Assembly: GCA_963844925.1 (NCBI GenBank)
Contig: CAWJQG010000016.1
Coordinates: 12,930 to 76,929, forward strand
Origin: an uncultured Actinomycetota bacterium
GTDB lineage: Bacteria > Actinomycetota > Actinomycetes > Streptosporangiales > Streptosporangiaceae
Direction of reading: 5' to 3'
Length of the DNA stretch: 64,000 nt
The notes beneath the pieces were generated by a model that saw only the letters and a list, made by a program, of their open reading frames with translations, ran no database searches and had not been told where the DNA came from. Both the position numbers and the translations under genes were made by a program. Below are positions 1 through 11,713 of the stretch, piece by piece (the stretch's first letter is position 1; every line of letters starts with the position of its first letter).

Positions 1-176
1 GTATGCCGGACCAGGACGGGGGTGCCGTCGCGGTCCTCGGGGATCTCCTGGCCGCAGTAGCCGGGCGGCCGGCCCGGCGCGTCGCTGGCCCGGGCCGGGT
101 CCGGGCAGCCGGGATAGCGGCACCGTCCCGGTTCCCGGCCGGGTGCCGCCGTGTTCTCGTGCGCGGTGAGCGTCAT
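1..176 (-). CDS. N-terminal part of a Cys-motif passenger protein downstream of istA (runs off the window edge)
   Basis: ATG at 176 with AAGGA upstream; translates MTLTAHENTAAPGREPGRCRYPGCPDPARASDAPGRPPGYCGQEIPED...; open to position 1. Confidence 0.55.
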   Translation of the reverse strand, partial: MTLTAHENTAAPGREPGRCRYPGCPDPARASDAPGRPPGYCGQEIPEDRDGTPVLVRH

Positions 177-194
177 GAAAGTACGTCCTTGCGA

Positions 195-240
195 TGAAAC
201 GAAACGAATGAAACGAATGAAATGGAACGGGTGAAACGTT
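195..240. repeat. Short GAAAC(GAAT) tandem repeats between istA and the passenger ORF
   Basis: tgaaacgaaacgaatgaaacgaatgaaatggaacgggtgaaacg, AT-rich in a GC-rich context. Confidence 0.6.
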
Positions 241-247
241 TCCCCGG

Positions 248-1870
248 TCAGCCGCGGGTGCCGTCGTCCCCGCCGGGCAGGACCTGCATCGTCACCCCGG
301 TCGCGGTCGCGAACTCGCGGGGATCGCGGGCGAACCTCGCCGCGGTCACCTTCCGGGCGGCGGCGTCTGCCTGGCCGGCGCGGGCGGCGGCCTGCGCCGC
401 CTGGGCCCCGGTGCCCTTCTCCACGATCGACTTGATCTTCGGCACGCTGATCACGTCGAGTTCCAGCGCGGCGGCGCATGCCTGCTCGACCGGGCCGTTG
501 CCGTACTTCCTGGCCAGGCCGATCAGGGTGCAGACGGCGCGCATCCGCATCCACGGCTGCGGCGTGTCCAGGATCCGCTCCGCGTAGATCCCGATGGACG
601 CGCCGCGGGCCGCGGCCTGGCCCGCGAGCCGGGCGACATCACGCTTGGCGTAGATGCTGGTGCCGGGCGGGAAGTCCGCCTCGTCGGCGGACCGGCCCCC
701 GGCGGGCTGGCGGGGATGGGTCTTGATCACCTGCCCGCGGTGATAGACCTTGACCAGCGCGTCATCGGCCCGGACCGTGACCTTCTGCCCGGCCATGCCG
801 TAAGGCACGGAGTAGAACGCGTGCTGCGTGCGGACATGGAAATCCCGCTGGACGGTCACGTCGCTCCAGTACGGGACCCGGTACGGTTCCGCCGGCGCCG
901 GGAGCAGCAGCCGCTGCTCCTTCTCCGCGAACACCACGGCCGGCTGCAGCCTCGTGGTGCCGTGGACCCGCAGCCCGGCCCGGACCCGGGACCAGTCATC
1001 AGCCCGCCGCTGCGCGTCATCGAGGTCGAGGAACTGCTCCCCGGCGAAGAAGCTCCGCTGGGTGAAATGCACGCCGGACTCGACCCTGCCCTTGTCCTGC
1101 GGGGACCGGACCCTCGCCGGGTCCGCGACGATACCGCGGGCCTGGGCGTACTCCAGCCACTCCCGGTTCCACCGCGGATCGGTCCGGTCCGCCTTGTCCA
1201 CCACCGGCTTCAGGTTGCCGGGAACCAGGACCGGGAAGATCCCGCCATAGAAAGCCCAGGCCGCCTCGCAGCCCGCGATCACCGCCTCCGTGGTCTGCCG
1301 GAACGTCAGGTAGACGTAGCAGTACCGGGAGAACACGGCCGTGAATACCAGCGCGTGCACCTTCCGCTTGCGGTCCCCGTCGGGGATCATGCCCAGGTAG
1401 CCGAAGTCGACCTGGACTTCCTGGCCGGGTTCGCCGTCGTCGACCGGCACCGTTACCTTCGGGCCGCGCGAGGAATAGCCGCACTCCTCCGCCGCGAACC
1501 GGGCCAGCGTCCGGTACGGCACCATGGTCCCCGACCGCTCGAGGAACTCGCCGATCTTCACCAGCGTCAGGCCGTCCTTGACCCACTTCCCGATGTCCTC
1601 TTTCCGCTGCCCCAGCAGCTGCCACGACTCCCCGTGCCCGGCCGGGCGGGCCGGGCGGACCGCCGCGACCACCACCCCGATCAGCTCATCGGTCAGCTGC
1701 CCTTCCCCGCCGTCACGGGACAGGCCCGCCGCCTGCGCGGCGGCGATATACCGCTGCGCCGTCTTCACGTTCACCTGCGCCCGCCTCGCGGCCGGGCGCT
1801 TGCCCTGCCCCGCCAGCCACGCACGCAGGACCTCTTTCACTTCTGTCACCAGGACCTCCCGGAACGCCAT
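248..1870 (-). CDS. istA: IS21-family transposase IstA
   Basis: MAFREV start; QVDFG, FSRY, PARVRSPQDKGRVE, RVHGTT and YSVP motifs typical of IstA; the second catalytic Asp position reads VPGNLK instead of DN. Confidence 0.9.
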   Translation of the reverse strand: MAFREVLVTEVKEVLRAWLAGQGKRPAARRAQVNVKTAQRYIAAAQAAGLSRDGGEGQLTDELIGVVVAAVRPARPAGHGESWQLLGQRKEDIGKWVKDGLTLVKIGEFLERSGTMVPYRTLARFAAEECGYSSRGPKVTVPVDDGEPGQEVQVDFGYLGMIPDGDRKRKVHALVFTAVFSRYCYVYLTFRQTTEAVIAGCEAAWAFYGGIFPVLVPGNLKPVVDKADRTDPRWNREWLEYAQARGIVADPARVRSPQDKGRVESGVHFTQRSFFAGEQFLDLDDAQRRADDWSRVRAGLRVHGTTRLQPAVVFAEKEQRLLLPAPAEPYRVPYWSDVTVQRDFHVRTQHAFYSVPYGMAGQKVTVRADDALVKVYHRGQVIKTHPRQPAGGRSADEADFPPGTSIYAKRDVARLAGQAAARGASIGIYAERILDTPQPWMRMRAVCTLIGLARKYGNGPVEQACAAALELDVISVPKIKSIVEKGTGAQAAQAAARAGQADAAARKVTAARFARDPREFATATGVTMQVLPGGDDGTRG

Positions 1871-2003
1871 CCCTGCCATCTCTCGCAGAACGGTCAAAAC
1901 CGGGCAGGCTAAGCAGGGGTGGTCCATCAACTGGCAACCGGGGTGGTCCCATGACCGTGGCAAAAACCCTCATGAGGTGGTCCCATGCTCGCGGCAAATA
2001 ACA

Positions 2004-2649
2004 TCAGAGAGCCCTAGGCTTGCTTCAGGCCATCCGGACGCAGGCAGAGTTCTTGTCGTCCTATATCGCCTGTCTAAGTTTCGCTGGCGATGACCTCAGC
2101 CAGTGGCGGGCGTATGGACGTCCTAGAGGCTTTTCGATCGGCTTCGACACTGTACAGTTGCGGAGCTTGTGCGCCCAATCGCCGGAATTTGATAAGCCAA
2201 CGTTTCGTAAGGTTGAATACGACGAAGACCACTAGGCGCGTGTGGTAAGAATTACATTCAATACGGTTGTCAATGCCCTATCGACAACGCCAACTGGAGA
2301 CCAGCTGCAAGCCGCAGCAGAGAGCTTCGTGAATGCTACCATCATGCTCGCTCCCGCTTTGAAGCACCCAGCTTTTAGTAGCGAGCGTGAAGTACGACTC
2401 CACGTCTTCCGTGAGCCTAGTCCTACGAGTGGTCTGCTCTTTCGCCCTGGTGCCATGGGTATTGTGCCCTATGTTGATATAGACCTCAGCGACCCGGATA
2501 CGGGCAGGATGACACTCATTCGTGAAGTCGTTATAGGTCCGCAGCCGAATGAGTTGGAATCTCAGCGATCTGTCAAACAATTCTTGGCTCACGAGGGATT
2601 GCCTGATGTCGAAGTTCGGCTCTCCAAGGTTCCACTGCGGCCTGCGTGA
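2004..2649 (+). pseudogene. DUF2971-family protein, 3' part; cut by the IS21 and with an in-frame TAG at 2233-2235
   Basis: ACLSFAGDDLSQWRAYG..GFSIGFD and KHPAFSSEREVR motifs; ORFs 2020-2235 and 2242-2649 are in the same frame. Confidence 0.75.
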
Positions 2650-2667
2650 GCACAAGTTCGGGTCTGT

Positions 2668-4886
2668 CTAATTACCACGAATCATCTTTGCGGCTTCCTG
2701 GATCTCGAACATAGCCTGTAGAGTTGCAACAATCTCATGCCCGAGCCGTTCGCCCTCTGACGGAGTTCTCTGACCGCGGCGACTCTCAGCCAGGCCTATC
2801 AGGTCCACTTCAAGGGAGGCGACCAACTTGACCGCTCTGCGCGTAAGTTGGGAACGCCGTCCTGCGGGCAGTACCTCATCGAGTCGCGAGAGAACTCGCC
2901 GTAGAGATCTGGTTGCCTGATCAATGTTCTCTGTTCGAGGAGGCGTGCTCCCAGCCAGGCGGCAGCATGCAAAGTGCAACGACGCCAGCGGGAAGCTTAT
3001 ATACGTTGCTTCATCGCGCTCAGTCCAAGCCGAGTCACTCTCCAGGAGCCATTTCGCCGTGGTTAGCGCGAGCATAGGCAGTTTATGCGGGGCATCATCT
3101 GGTTCTGATTCAAGGATCTCACTTCGATGAAAATCGACAGGACGAAACCCAGCTATGCGAAGTGAGAGCTGCTGAATATCAGGAGAGATGCCGAAGGCTG
3201 CGGGTACAAGACTCAGGATCTGCGTCTCTCGGCGGTCAGTGTCGTCCTTGTGAGCTGCGGCCGTGATAGTGGCACGAGATCGATCTACCGTCAACGACAA
3301 GTCGTAGAGTCCTGCCATGCCGCCCAAAAGCGCGATTGTTTGATAGGGCTGGCGCTTTGTAACGGGAGCATTGGTAACCGCAGCGGCCAGTCCTGGGTCG
3401 GATGCTGACCACATCCACGGAAGCAGGGTCAGCTCCAATGCCAGAAGGACTTCTTGTAGAGCAACCATGTCTTCTGCAAACTCTTCGTCCGACAGCGGCA
3501 CCTGGTCACGAGATACTTCACGACCCTGCTCGATGCGTCGTTCGGTTACAACGATGCCCGCGTCGGTTACCTCGACATCGGCGTGGGCGCTCGCGTTCCT
3601 GTACAGCATGTTCACGGCTCCACCACACGGAGCACCCATGCGCTCCAGTTCGCTGACTATCTCGCCCGCCTTGACTCCATCGATGACGGCCGTTTCATAG
3701 ATCCTGTTGTCCTCTCCGCGAGCGGCGCGCCCGGCGATGAGTATGATTGCTCCGAGGTCGCGGAGGGTCCCTTCCACGAGGTTCCGGTATACCTCCGTCT
3801 GCGAGCGCATGATGTGCACGCGGGGCAGTCCGTACCGCGCAGCTACGCCCAGATGCTCGATCTCCTCCGCGAAACGCTCGATTCCGCGACTGACACGAGC
3901 GACAAGAACTGCTGGCTGCAGAACCCAAGCGGCTGGGGCGCCAGCCCTATCGATGACGCTTCGGAACTGTCGTACGCGTTGGGTGAGCACCTCTGGGTCA
4001 ACTACGCCTGCGCCGACTGCCAGCATAGGAAGCAGAATCACGGCGTGGTGGTCGGCAAGTCCAGGGACATCGGGCATTTCAGCGAAGGCGGCTCGTACTA
4101 GGCTGCCGACACCCGCGATGGAGGTTGTCTTCAGGTGCACGGTCGACCATACGAGCGCCGCGACGTCGAGCGAGCCGTCTGTGCGGAAAGGATTAGTACT
4201 CGGGCTTCGCTCAACCAGCCCGACGAGAGCAGAAGCCGTTCGAGGTGTTTTGAAGCCTCAGTTATCTCGCTTGCGGCGACATTCATCAGATGCACTGCAT
4301 CGTCGGCGTCTACAGCACAGATGGTTTGGGCCGTTGCGACGTGGCCACGTGCGAACTGGGCAACCGACCTCGTCAGCTCACGATGCACTCCTCGTAGCTC
4401 CAGCGGCGGCATCGTCTGGCTAAGCTGGGCAATGGAGCTGATCTCTGCTTCGAGGAGCATAACAAGTTCTGTAAATGTAGTGATGCAGTTAGGATCGTCC
4501 GGCACCCATTCACCGGTCGCGAGCAACTTGGTTATGGCATCATGACGTACCTGGATCGTCTTGGTTGCCGGCTGCAATACCTTATTGAAATAGTCAAGTT
4601 TACTCTGAGGCGTTCCACGCGTCGCAAAAACAAGTGGGGCGTCAGTTGCATCGCGCATGCTGTCGACTAGCCGATTTAGGCGACCTTTGAACGTTAGCCT
4701 GCGGCTGCGTATGGCCGAGCGGACTGCGGCAACTTCCTCCGCCGGGAGGCTTGTTCCGCACTTCGGGCATGTTCCCGACGCTCTAACCGCCTGGTGCAGC
4801 TGACAGCTCGGGCATGTCGCAACGAGCGCGAGCTTAACCCTAATCCGCTTATATTCATTCATTAGGCGTCTCTTACAATGGGGCAA
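2668..4886 (-). CDS. Hypothetical protein with N-terminal Zn ribbon, probably one gene split by a frameshift near 4200-4240
   Basis: ORF 4131-4886 (CPSC..CPKC) abuts ORF 2668-4140; lower GC than flanks. Confidence 0.5.
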
Positions 4887-4993
4887 GTGTGTTAACTCAT
4901 ACTGATGTAATCTTAACTCGTCTTCGCGGATCTGCGAGCCACTGTGCGTGGCTCCTCCGCATTATGCTACTTTCCCAAAAGTAGCGGCAATTC

Positions 4994-5962
4994 TTATCCG
5001 ATCCTCTGCCGAATTAGCGCTGCAAGAATCGTGATGGCTGCCTCGGCGTCAGCGCGTTCCCAGCGAGAGCGCCCTCCCTCCGTGGCCGCGAGCGCAGGAT
5101 CATTCGGATGGTGCGCGACGTGGGTCAGGCTAAGTAGTGATCGCTGTACCCAGCGGAAGCGCTCCTGCTTGCCAGCCGTCTGGTCCCAAGGCTTGAGGCT
5201 GAACTTTCCTTTGTCCGCGGCTTCCAGGGCCTCGATCCCTGGTCGGCAGTCCGCGATGGCTTCCTCGTAGTCGCCGCGCAGTAGAGCGGCTTTTGCCTCT
5301 TGAAGCGCTTGCGCTGCCTGCTGTACTTCCTTCGTGAAACCGCTCGCCCCGGTTAGCGGAACCTCGACGGTCACATAGGTGCCATACCCAAGCTGGCCCA
5401 GGAGCCTAATCCAGTCGCTCGCGCTCACATCGTAGGTGAGCTGGTTGTTGGCTGCGTACAAGACGCCGATCCGACCGCCGTGCTGCACAGTGCCACCAAC
5501 TAGGAAGGCGAACGTCAGCGGACCACCGCGGCGCTTCTGTTCGATCTCATCGAGCTGACGATGATCCAGGTCGAGCGTCAGCCGATCGATAGCCCGCATC
5601 CATGGATCGTAATGGGCAGGCGTGAAGCTGCTTGCTGACGGTGGGCCGAAAAATACAGGTTCGGGTATGATCGCACGGCCGACGCTCCACGGCACGCCGT
5701 CTTGCCCCTGCACGCGGACGTCGGCCCAAAGGCGGAAGACCGTCTGATCCTTGCGGTAGTCATCTCTGGCCTTGAACACCAGCTTGCTTACGACCTGGAG
5801 TTGCCCGCGACGGCCGAGCCGGACATCGGTGTAGATATCACGGAGGTCAAGCTCCAGGAACGGCTCAGTGGTTGTTTCGGGCGGGAACTGGGCGCTCAGG
5901 ATGGTGTCACGGTTGTTCACGGCGCTCACTCCCCCCGCGGACGATCGTGGCGGTGGAGACAT
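4994..5962 (-). CDS. Hypothetical protein, helical C-terminal domain
   Basis: 322-aa ORF with globular composition; start uncertain (GTG ~5920 possible). Confidence 0.6.
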   Translation of the reverse strand: MSPPPRSSAGGVSAVNNRDTILSAQFPPETTTEPFLELDLRDIYTDVRLGRRGQLQVVSKLVFKARDDYRKDQTVFRLWADVRVQGQDGVPWSVGRAIIPEPVFFGPPSASSFTPAHYDPWMRAIDRLTLDLDHRQLDEIEQKRRGGPLTFAFLVGGTVQHGGRIGVLYAANNQLTYDVSASDWIRLLGQLGYGTYVTVEVPLTGASGFTKEVQQAAQALQEAKAALLRGDYEEAIADCRPGIEALEAADKGKFSLKPWDQTAGKQERFRWVQRSLLSLTHVAHHPNDPALAATEGGRSRWERADAEAAITILAALIRQRIG

Positions 5963-6516
5963 GCGAGCCGACGTGGAGCATGCTTTCGCTCATGCTTCGT
6001 AACCCCCGGTGGATCGGAAACGTACGGGCGAGACGGACCTCGCGCGTCCTTCCCCCCGTAGGTTCGTCCGAGGTTTCGCTGAGGAGCAGCCTAGCGCCAA
6101 CTGAGACCAAGCGCTGGGAAGCGCGAGTCTCCGTGTCGCCTGCACGTCAGCGCCTTCACCCTGAGCCTGCCGCTAGGACCCGCCCGATGAATGCTGCGGC
6201 GGTGCGTGGAGATCGGCTGTATTTTCGCGATCGACACCGACGCGCACGCACCCGCCCAGCTTGACTGGCTCGACGGCGACGCGGCCGCACGGCGCAGTTC
6301 GGCATCGGGCCGGACCGGGTGATCAACACCCGCGGTGCCTCCGTCATGACCAGCAGCGGCGCAAAGTCGCCACGTGCTCCGCTGACCTTCTAGACGCCAT
6401 GCACCACAGCTTCGCCTGAGGCGGTCTGACTAGGTCTGGTTTCTGCACATCAGCGCGTTGTGTCAGTCTGAGGCGGTTGCACTGAGTCAGGCTGAAACTC
6501 GTGTCGGAGTCACTAG

Positions 6517-8391
6517 CCTCCGGCATTCAGCACTAAAGGTCCGCTGACCTGGTTATCGCATTCCCGGGGTTGTGAGCTGGGGTTTCTTGTCGTGGCCGGT
6601 TGAGGACGGGTGCACCTTATGGGTGCGGGGCGATCCGGTGGCCACGGGAACGGAAACGGGACGGCCGCGCAGCGGCCGTCCCGTTCGGCGTTTAAAGGCG
6701 AAGAGCGCCCTGGTTCTGGGAGATTACGGGTTACCACGCCACGTATTCGCCTGAACTGGAGCGCTCTTCGCCATGCAGCTTAACGGGTGGGACCATGCCC
6801 TCAAGGTCACCTCGGACGGGAAGGGCCTGGTCGGCCACGCCGGGGCGATCCTGCTCCGCAAGGCCGCCGACCAGACGGGACTGTCCGCCGTCCTGAGCGC
6901 GGCGCTGCGGAAGAAGAACGCATCCCCGCTGTTCGACCGGGGCATCGTGCTGGTCTCGGTGGCCGTCTCGATCGCGCTCGGCGCCACGAGCATGAGCGAC
7001 ATCGCGCTGCTCGCCCACCTGGCCCCGGTCCTCGGGGCCGCCCCGAGCGGCCCGACGGTCCGCCGCGCCCTCGAGCTGGCCGGCGCCCCGGCCATGCTGG
7101 ACAGGATCGCCCGCGCCCGCGCGAAAGCCCGCGCGCACGCCTGGACGCTGATCGCCGGCACCGCCGCGGGGTTCCCGTGGCCGGTCATCGCGGGGAAAGA
7201 GCTGACCGGCTGGGTGGTCATCGACATGGACGCGACCCTGGTCACCGCCTATTCAGACAAGGAAGGGGCGGCTCCCACGTGGAAGAAAGGGTACGGCTTT
7301 CCACCCTTTGGGAGCCTGGTGCCGCAATACCCGCGAGTGCCTGGCCATGAAGCTCAGGCCCGGCAACGCCGGCTCGAACACCTTCACCGACCATGAGGAG
7401 GTGCTGGCCGCGGCCCTGAAGCAGGTCCCCTCCCGGTTCCGGCGCAAGGTCATGGTCCGCGTCGACGGCGCCGGCGCCAGCCACGACCTCATCGGCCACC
7501 TGCTGGGCCTTTCCTCCCCGCGCAAGACCATGCTGTTCACCTGCGGCTGGACGATCATGCCGGCCGACGAGGACGCCATCCGGCTGCTCCCGGCCGGCGC
7601 GTGGAAGCCCGGCACCGCCCAGGACGGCAGCACCGAGGAGGACAAGGACGCCGCCGAGATCACCGGCCTGATGACCAGGGCGGAGAACTGGCCCGGCGGA
7701 CTGCGCTGGATCGTCCGCCGCGTGAAGCCGTCCCGCCGGCAGATGCGCAACCTCACCGCCTACGAGAAGGAGACCGGCTGGCGGTACTCGATCATCTGCA
7801 CGAACATCCCCGACTCCGGCATCGAGGGCGTCCCCGGCAGCCACCACCCGCAGTACATCGACGTGGTGCACCGCGAGCACGCGGTCGTCGAGACCGCCGG
7901 CGTCCGCACTGCGAAAGCCATGGGCCTGCGCGGCCTGCCATCGAAGACCTGGCAGGTCAACGCAGGGTGGGTCGCCGCGGCGAACATCGCCGCCGACCTC
8001 GCCGCCTGGACCCGCCTCCTCGGGCACGCCGACGAGCCCGAACTCCGCGACGCCGGCCCGGATACCCTCCGCTACCGGATCTGGCACCTCCCCGCGAAAC
8101 TGGCCGCCCACGCCCGCCAGAAGACCCTCGCCATCAGCCCCGACTGGCCCTGGGCCGAAGCGTTCCTGACCTGCTGGCAGCGGCTCTGCGCCCTGCCGGC
8201 ACCCGCCTGAACTGCACGGATCACCCCAGCGACACGGAAGGAGGACCACCCCGGCGCGGTCGGAGCCGGTGCGCACCCGGCACCCCGGGCAACGTGCGCA
8301 CCGCCCGCCCCGGAGGGAAACGGACACGAGGCTAAAAAACGGATGCCGACACAATCAGTAACCGGACCTCAGGATGCCTGAACGATTGAGG
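6517..8391 (+). mobile_element. IS1380-family element with CTAG target duplication
   Basis: Imperfect IRs CCTCCGGCATTCAG / rc CCTCAATCGTTCAG; CTAG at 6513-6516 and 8392-8395. Confidence 0.85.
6773..8210 (+). CDS. IS1380-family DDE transposase (frameshift near 7300)
   Basis: GLVGHAG, IDMDAT, KKGYGF(H)P, LRPGNAGSNT, VRVDGAG and HREHAVVE motifs across ORFs 6773-7396 and 7308-8210. Confidence 0.9.
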
Positions 8392-8629
8392 CTAGTGCGG
8401 TCACCGGTTTTCCCGGATCTTCCATCGGACCCGCCATTGGCTGGCGCCCACGTCTCGCCATGACAGCTCCAATGACAGATTCAAGGAGCTCTTCCTGTGA
8501 CTTAGCGGTTCGGCGCCTCTCCAAGAGGACGACCAAGTCAGGAAGGACAACCCAAGACTGGTGGACCCACTGACGCTCGCATGCTGCTTGGATCGAATGG
8601 CAACCTTACTCAAGGTCATCAGTTCTGTT

Positions 8630-9721
8630 CTATTCTCGGGCGATTGGCGGCTGGGTCTCTGCCACGATCTTTTCTGCCAGGTAGTCCATGAAAGGATCCA
8701 GGGAGCCCGGGGGGACATCCGACCCTGCGATTGTCAGGAGGTCCCGCAGCTCGGCGCGAATCCGTGCGGTGCGGGCTGCTGGGTCGCCGGCGTCCTGGCC
8801 GGACTGAACGTACTGGCCGAACTCGCGGATCCGCGCGATGGCCTGGGCAGCCTGCCGTGCTTGGAAAGTCGCAGGCCGCGGCCGATAGTGCCGAGGATCA
8901 TGGCGGCGATGGGCGGGATGGCGCGCTGGTGGTCTCGGTCGGCGTATCTGGCCGTGTACCTGGCCGTGGGCTGCCAGGACCCGCCTTCCCTGTCGGCCTG
9001 GAAGGCAGTGAAGCCGCCGAGGCACGCGTCGGCGATCCGAGCGGGCGCCCGCCGACCCCATATCCGCGACGGCTTGCGGGCGGTCCTTCCGTCGGCGCGG
9101 ACGTGGCGGAGCAGGGATGCCGCGCCGGCGTGGATGGCGAAGTTGGATGTCGGCCGGTAGAAACGGTTGTACAGGCTGAGCGCGATCGTCGAGCCGGTCG
9201 CGGCGTCGACCTTCTTCGCCATATCCCAGACCTTCGGCCCGTCAGCCGGGATGCCAGCGTCGAGGCGGCGGATGCACTCATCGAGCACGTCGGGGGGGAC
9301 GCCAAAAAGGGTGCCGTCCTCGGGGAGGAACTCCAGCATGGGTCGCAGCATCTTCAGCTGCCTGTTCTGCAGGTTGGCTACGGCACCTGGCTCGTAGAGG
9401 CAGTCTAGGCCCGTCATGTACGTCTCGATTGCCACCCTGGCGGGGCATCGTCGAAGCCTCGTCCTGGTGGCTGCGGACGGCCCTGTGGGTCGCTTGCTGC
9501 AGGTACAGAAGGCGGTGCAGCGCGAGGCGCGCGACGTCAATCCCGGAGGCCTCCATTCCGGACCAGGGGTCGCATCCCCTTGCCAGCTCGCGGGCGGCAC
9601 GGCGGACCTCGCAGCGGCTGGGCAGGTCCGGGACCGGGAGGGCGGAGAGCACCAGGATCCGCGCGAGCGGCCAGATCGCCGGCGACAGCCGGAACCGGTC
9701 ACTTGGAGCGAGCGTTGACAT
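8630..9721 (-). pseudogene. Hypothetical protein broken by about two frameshifts
   Basis: Coding-like segments continue across ORFs 9278-9721, 8734-9819 (middle part) and 8630-9061 (end). Confidence 0.4.
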
Positions 9722-10036
9722 GGCTGAAGGGTACGGCCGCGCTCGGCCCTGCCAGCGGTTTTCCCCGGGTCTCGTTCCCGATCAGGCCACCCTAATCTGG
9801 CTGACCGTTTCACTTTCATCCTCGGCGAAGACCCGCCTCACCTGGCACCCGCAAGACCGGGCGGGGCACCAGTGCGCGCCGCGGGGTCACGCATCTGCCG
9901 ATTACGCCGAACCTCGCCCTCACCAGCGTGTGTCAAGGGACATTAGGAAGTGCCCGGTGGCGGTCACGAGTTGTGCCCGCTGGCGGCCACCGGATCTGCC
10001 CAGTGGTGGCCGCCAGACGTGCCCGGCTGGTTAGCT

Positions 10037-10175
10037 CAGGGGGATCACTCCCTTTCCGGCGATGGCCTGGGTGAGGCGGATGCTGTCGCCGCTGGTCTGG
10101 CAGACGTGGGCGTGGTGCATCAGCCGGTCGACGGTGGCGGTGGCCAGGGTTTTCGGCATGATGGTGTCGAATCCA
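10037..10175 (-). pseudogene. istB: IstB C-terminal fragment
   Basis: Minus strand reads GFDTIMPKTLATATVDRLMHHAHVCQTSGDSIRLTQAIAGKGVIP*, the continuation of ..SSNLHPS at 13925. Confidence 0.85.
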
Positions 10176-10318
10176 TCCGGGGCTGGCACATGTTTGTCCT
10201 GGCCGATCTCCCCTGTTTCCTGCGGGTTTGGGGTTCTTTCTCGTTCCCGGGATCTTTGATGTTCGAGAGCTATATGTTAGGCAGCACCTTAATGGTTCAG
10301 GTGTGAGGAAGGTGTGCC

Positions 10319-11382
10319 GTGGGGTCGTCGCGGTTCCGGGTAGTGCAGGGCGGTGCGATCCCGGTCGGGCCGCTGGCGACGGACCCTTGGAGTATCCAGG
10401 CCGAGTGCGTTGAGGCGTTCGTCGCCTCGTGGCGGGCCCGCGGGTTCAGCCCGGTGACGATCGAGAACGACATCGGGCTGCTGGACCGGGCGTTGCGGGC
10501 GCTGGGGCGGCCGGCGTGGGAGGTGACTCCGGAGGACATCGACCGGGTGGTCGGTGACCTCGCCGTGCTGGGCAGGGCGACCTCGACGCGACGGGAGTAC
10601 GTGCAGATCTTCAAGGGGTTCCACCGGTTCCTGCAGGTCCGCAAGGCGGCGGAGATCGAGGCCGCGTTCGGGGTGAAGCTGGTCTGCCCGGTCGATGAGT
10701 TCAACGCCTCCCGCCATGTCGGCGACGACTCCCCGGCCGAGCTGCCGCCGCCGACTCCGGAACGGGTGGAGGAGTTCTTCGGCTTCCTGAAGACCAGGAT
10801 CGCGACCGCCCGCAAGTACGCGCCCGCGGCGCGCGATTACGCGTTGTTCCGGACGCTCTATCACGCCGGGCTGCGGTCGGAGGAGGCCGCGCTGCTGGAC
10901 CGGCCGGACGTGCACTTCAGCCGCGGCCCGTTCGGCAAGCTGCACGTCCGGTTCGGCAAGGGCGCCCGCACCTCGGGGCCGCGGCCGCGGTGGGTGCCGA
11001 TGCTGGACGGCCTGGACCTGGTGCTGCGCTGGTTCCTCGACGACGTGCGCGGCAAGTTCCCGGACTCGCCGGTGCTGTTCGCCGACGAGTCGGGCGGAGC
11101 GCTGCATCCCGGGAACGGTCCGGAACCGGCTGCGTTACCTGATGGAGCTGGAAGGCCGTCCTGCCGCCGAGAGGTTCAGCCCGCATGCGCTGCGGCGGGC
11201 GTGCGCGACCCACAACTACGAGCGCGGCGTGGACCTGGTGGCGATCCAGCAGATGCTCGGTCACTGGACGGTCAGCTCGACGATGCGGTATGTCCGTCCC
11301 TCGGCCACGTTCATCGAGGACGCCTACCGGCGTGCGGTCGCCGGCACGCTCGGCGAGCTCACCGGGGAGGAGCCGGCAGTGA
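10319..11382 (+). CDS. Tyrosine recombinase/integrase (frameshift near 11110)
   Basis: AGLRSEE, RFGKG, PHALRR, MLGH and TMRY catalytic motifs across ORFs 10319 and 11142. Confidence 0.88.
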
Positions 11383-11694
11383 ACATCCGGTGGAAGCTGC
11401 GGATGGCCGCGGCGCAGCGCGAGGTGTGGACCGGCAGCCAGCTGCGGCGGCTGCTGGCCGAGAAGGCCGGCCTGGAGACTGTCGTCCGCGTCGGTGTCGG
11501 CGCTGTTCACCAAGGAGCCGTCCCAGGTGAAGCTGTCGACCCTGGCCGCGTTGTGCACCGCCCTGGACTGCACCCCCAACGACCTGTTCGACGTCGATAC
11601 CACCCCGGTCGAGCGGCCCGCCGTCCCGGCGAGGCCCCGGCCGTCGCCGGTGAAGGCGGTGTCGGCCCGCGGCCGGTCCCTGCCGCCGATCTGA
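11379..11694 (+). CDS. Xre/Cro-type HTH protein (frameshift near 11478)
   Basis: MNIRWKLRMAAAQREVW...SVSALFTKEPSQVKLSTLAALCTALDCTPNDL. Confidence 0.75.
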
Positions 11695-11713
11695 GACGGG
11701 CAAGGCAGCGGGC

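Larger units (their letters stand above)
1..2003 (-). mobile_element. IS21-family element (partial; left end at 2003)
   Basis: Terminal ...AATAACA at 2003 (TGTT on the - strand) and three GGTGGTCC..GGCAA subterminal repeats at ~1917-1997. Confidence 0.8.

Noticed and set aside
7290-7320. Programmed frameshift in the IS1380 transposase
   Set aside because: IS1380 transposases are normally single ORFs; the break lies in short homopolymers like other probable errors in this window.
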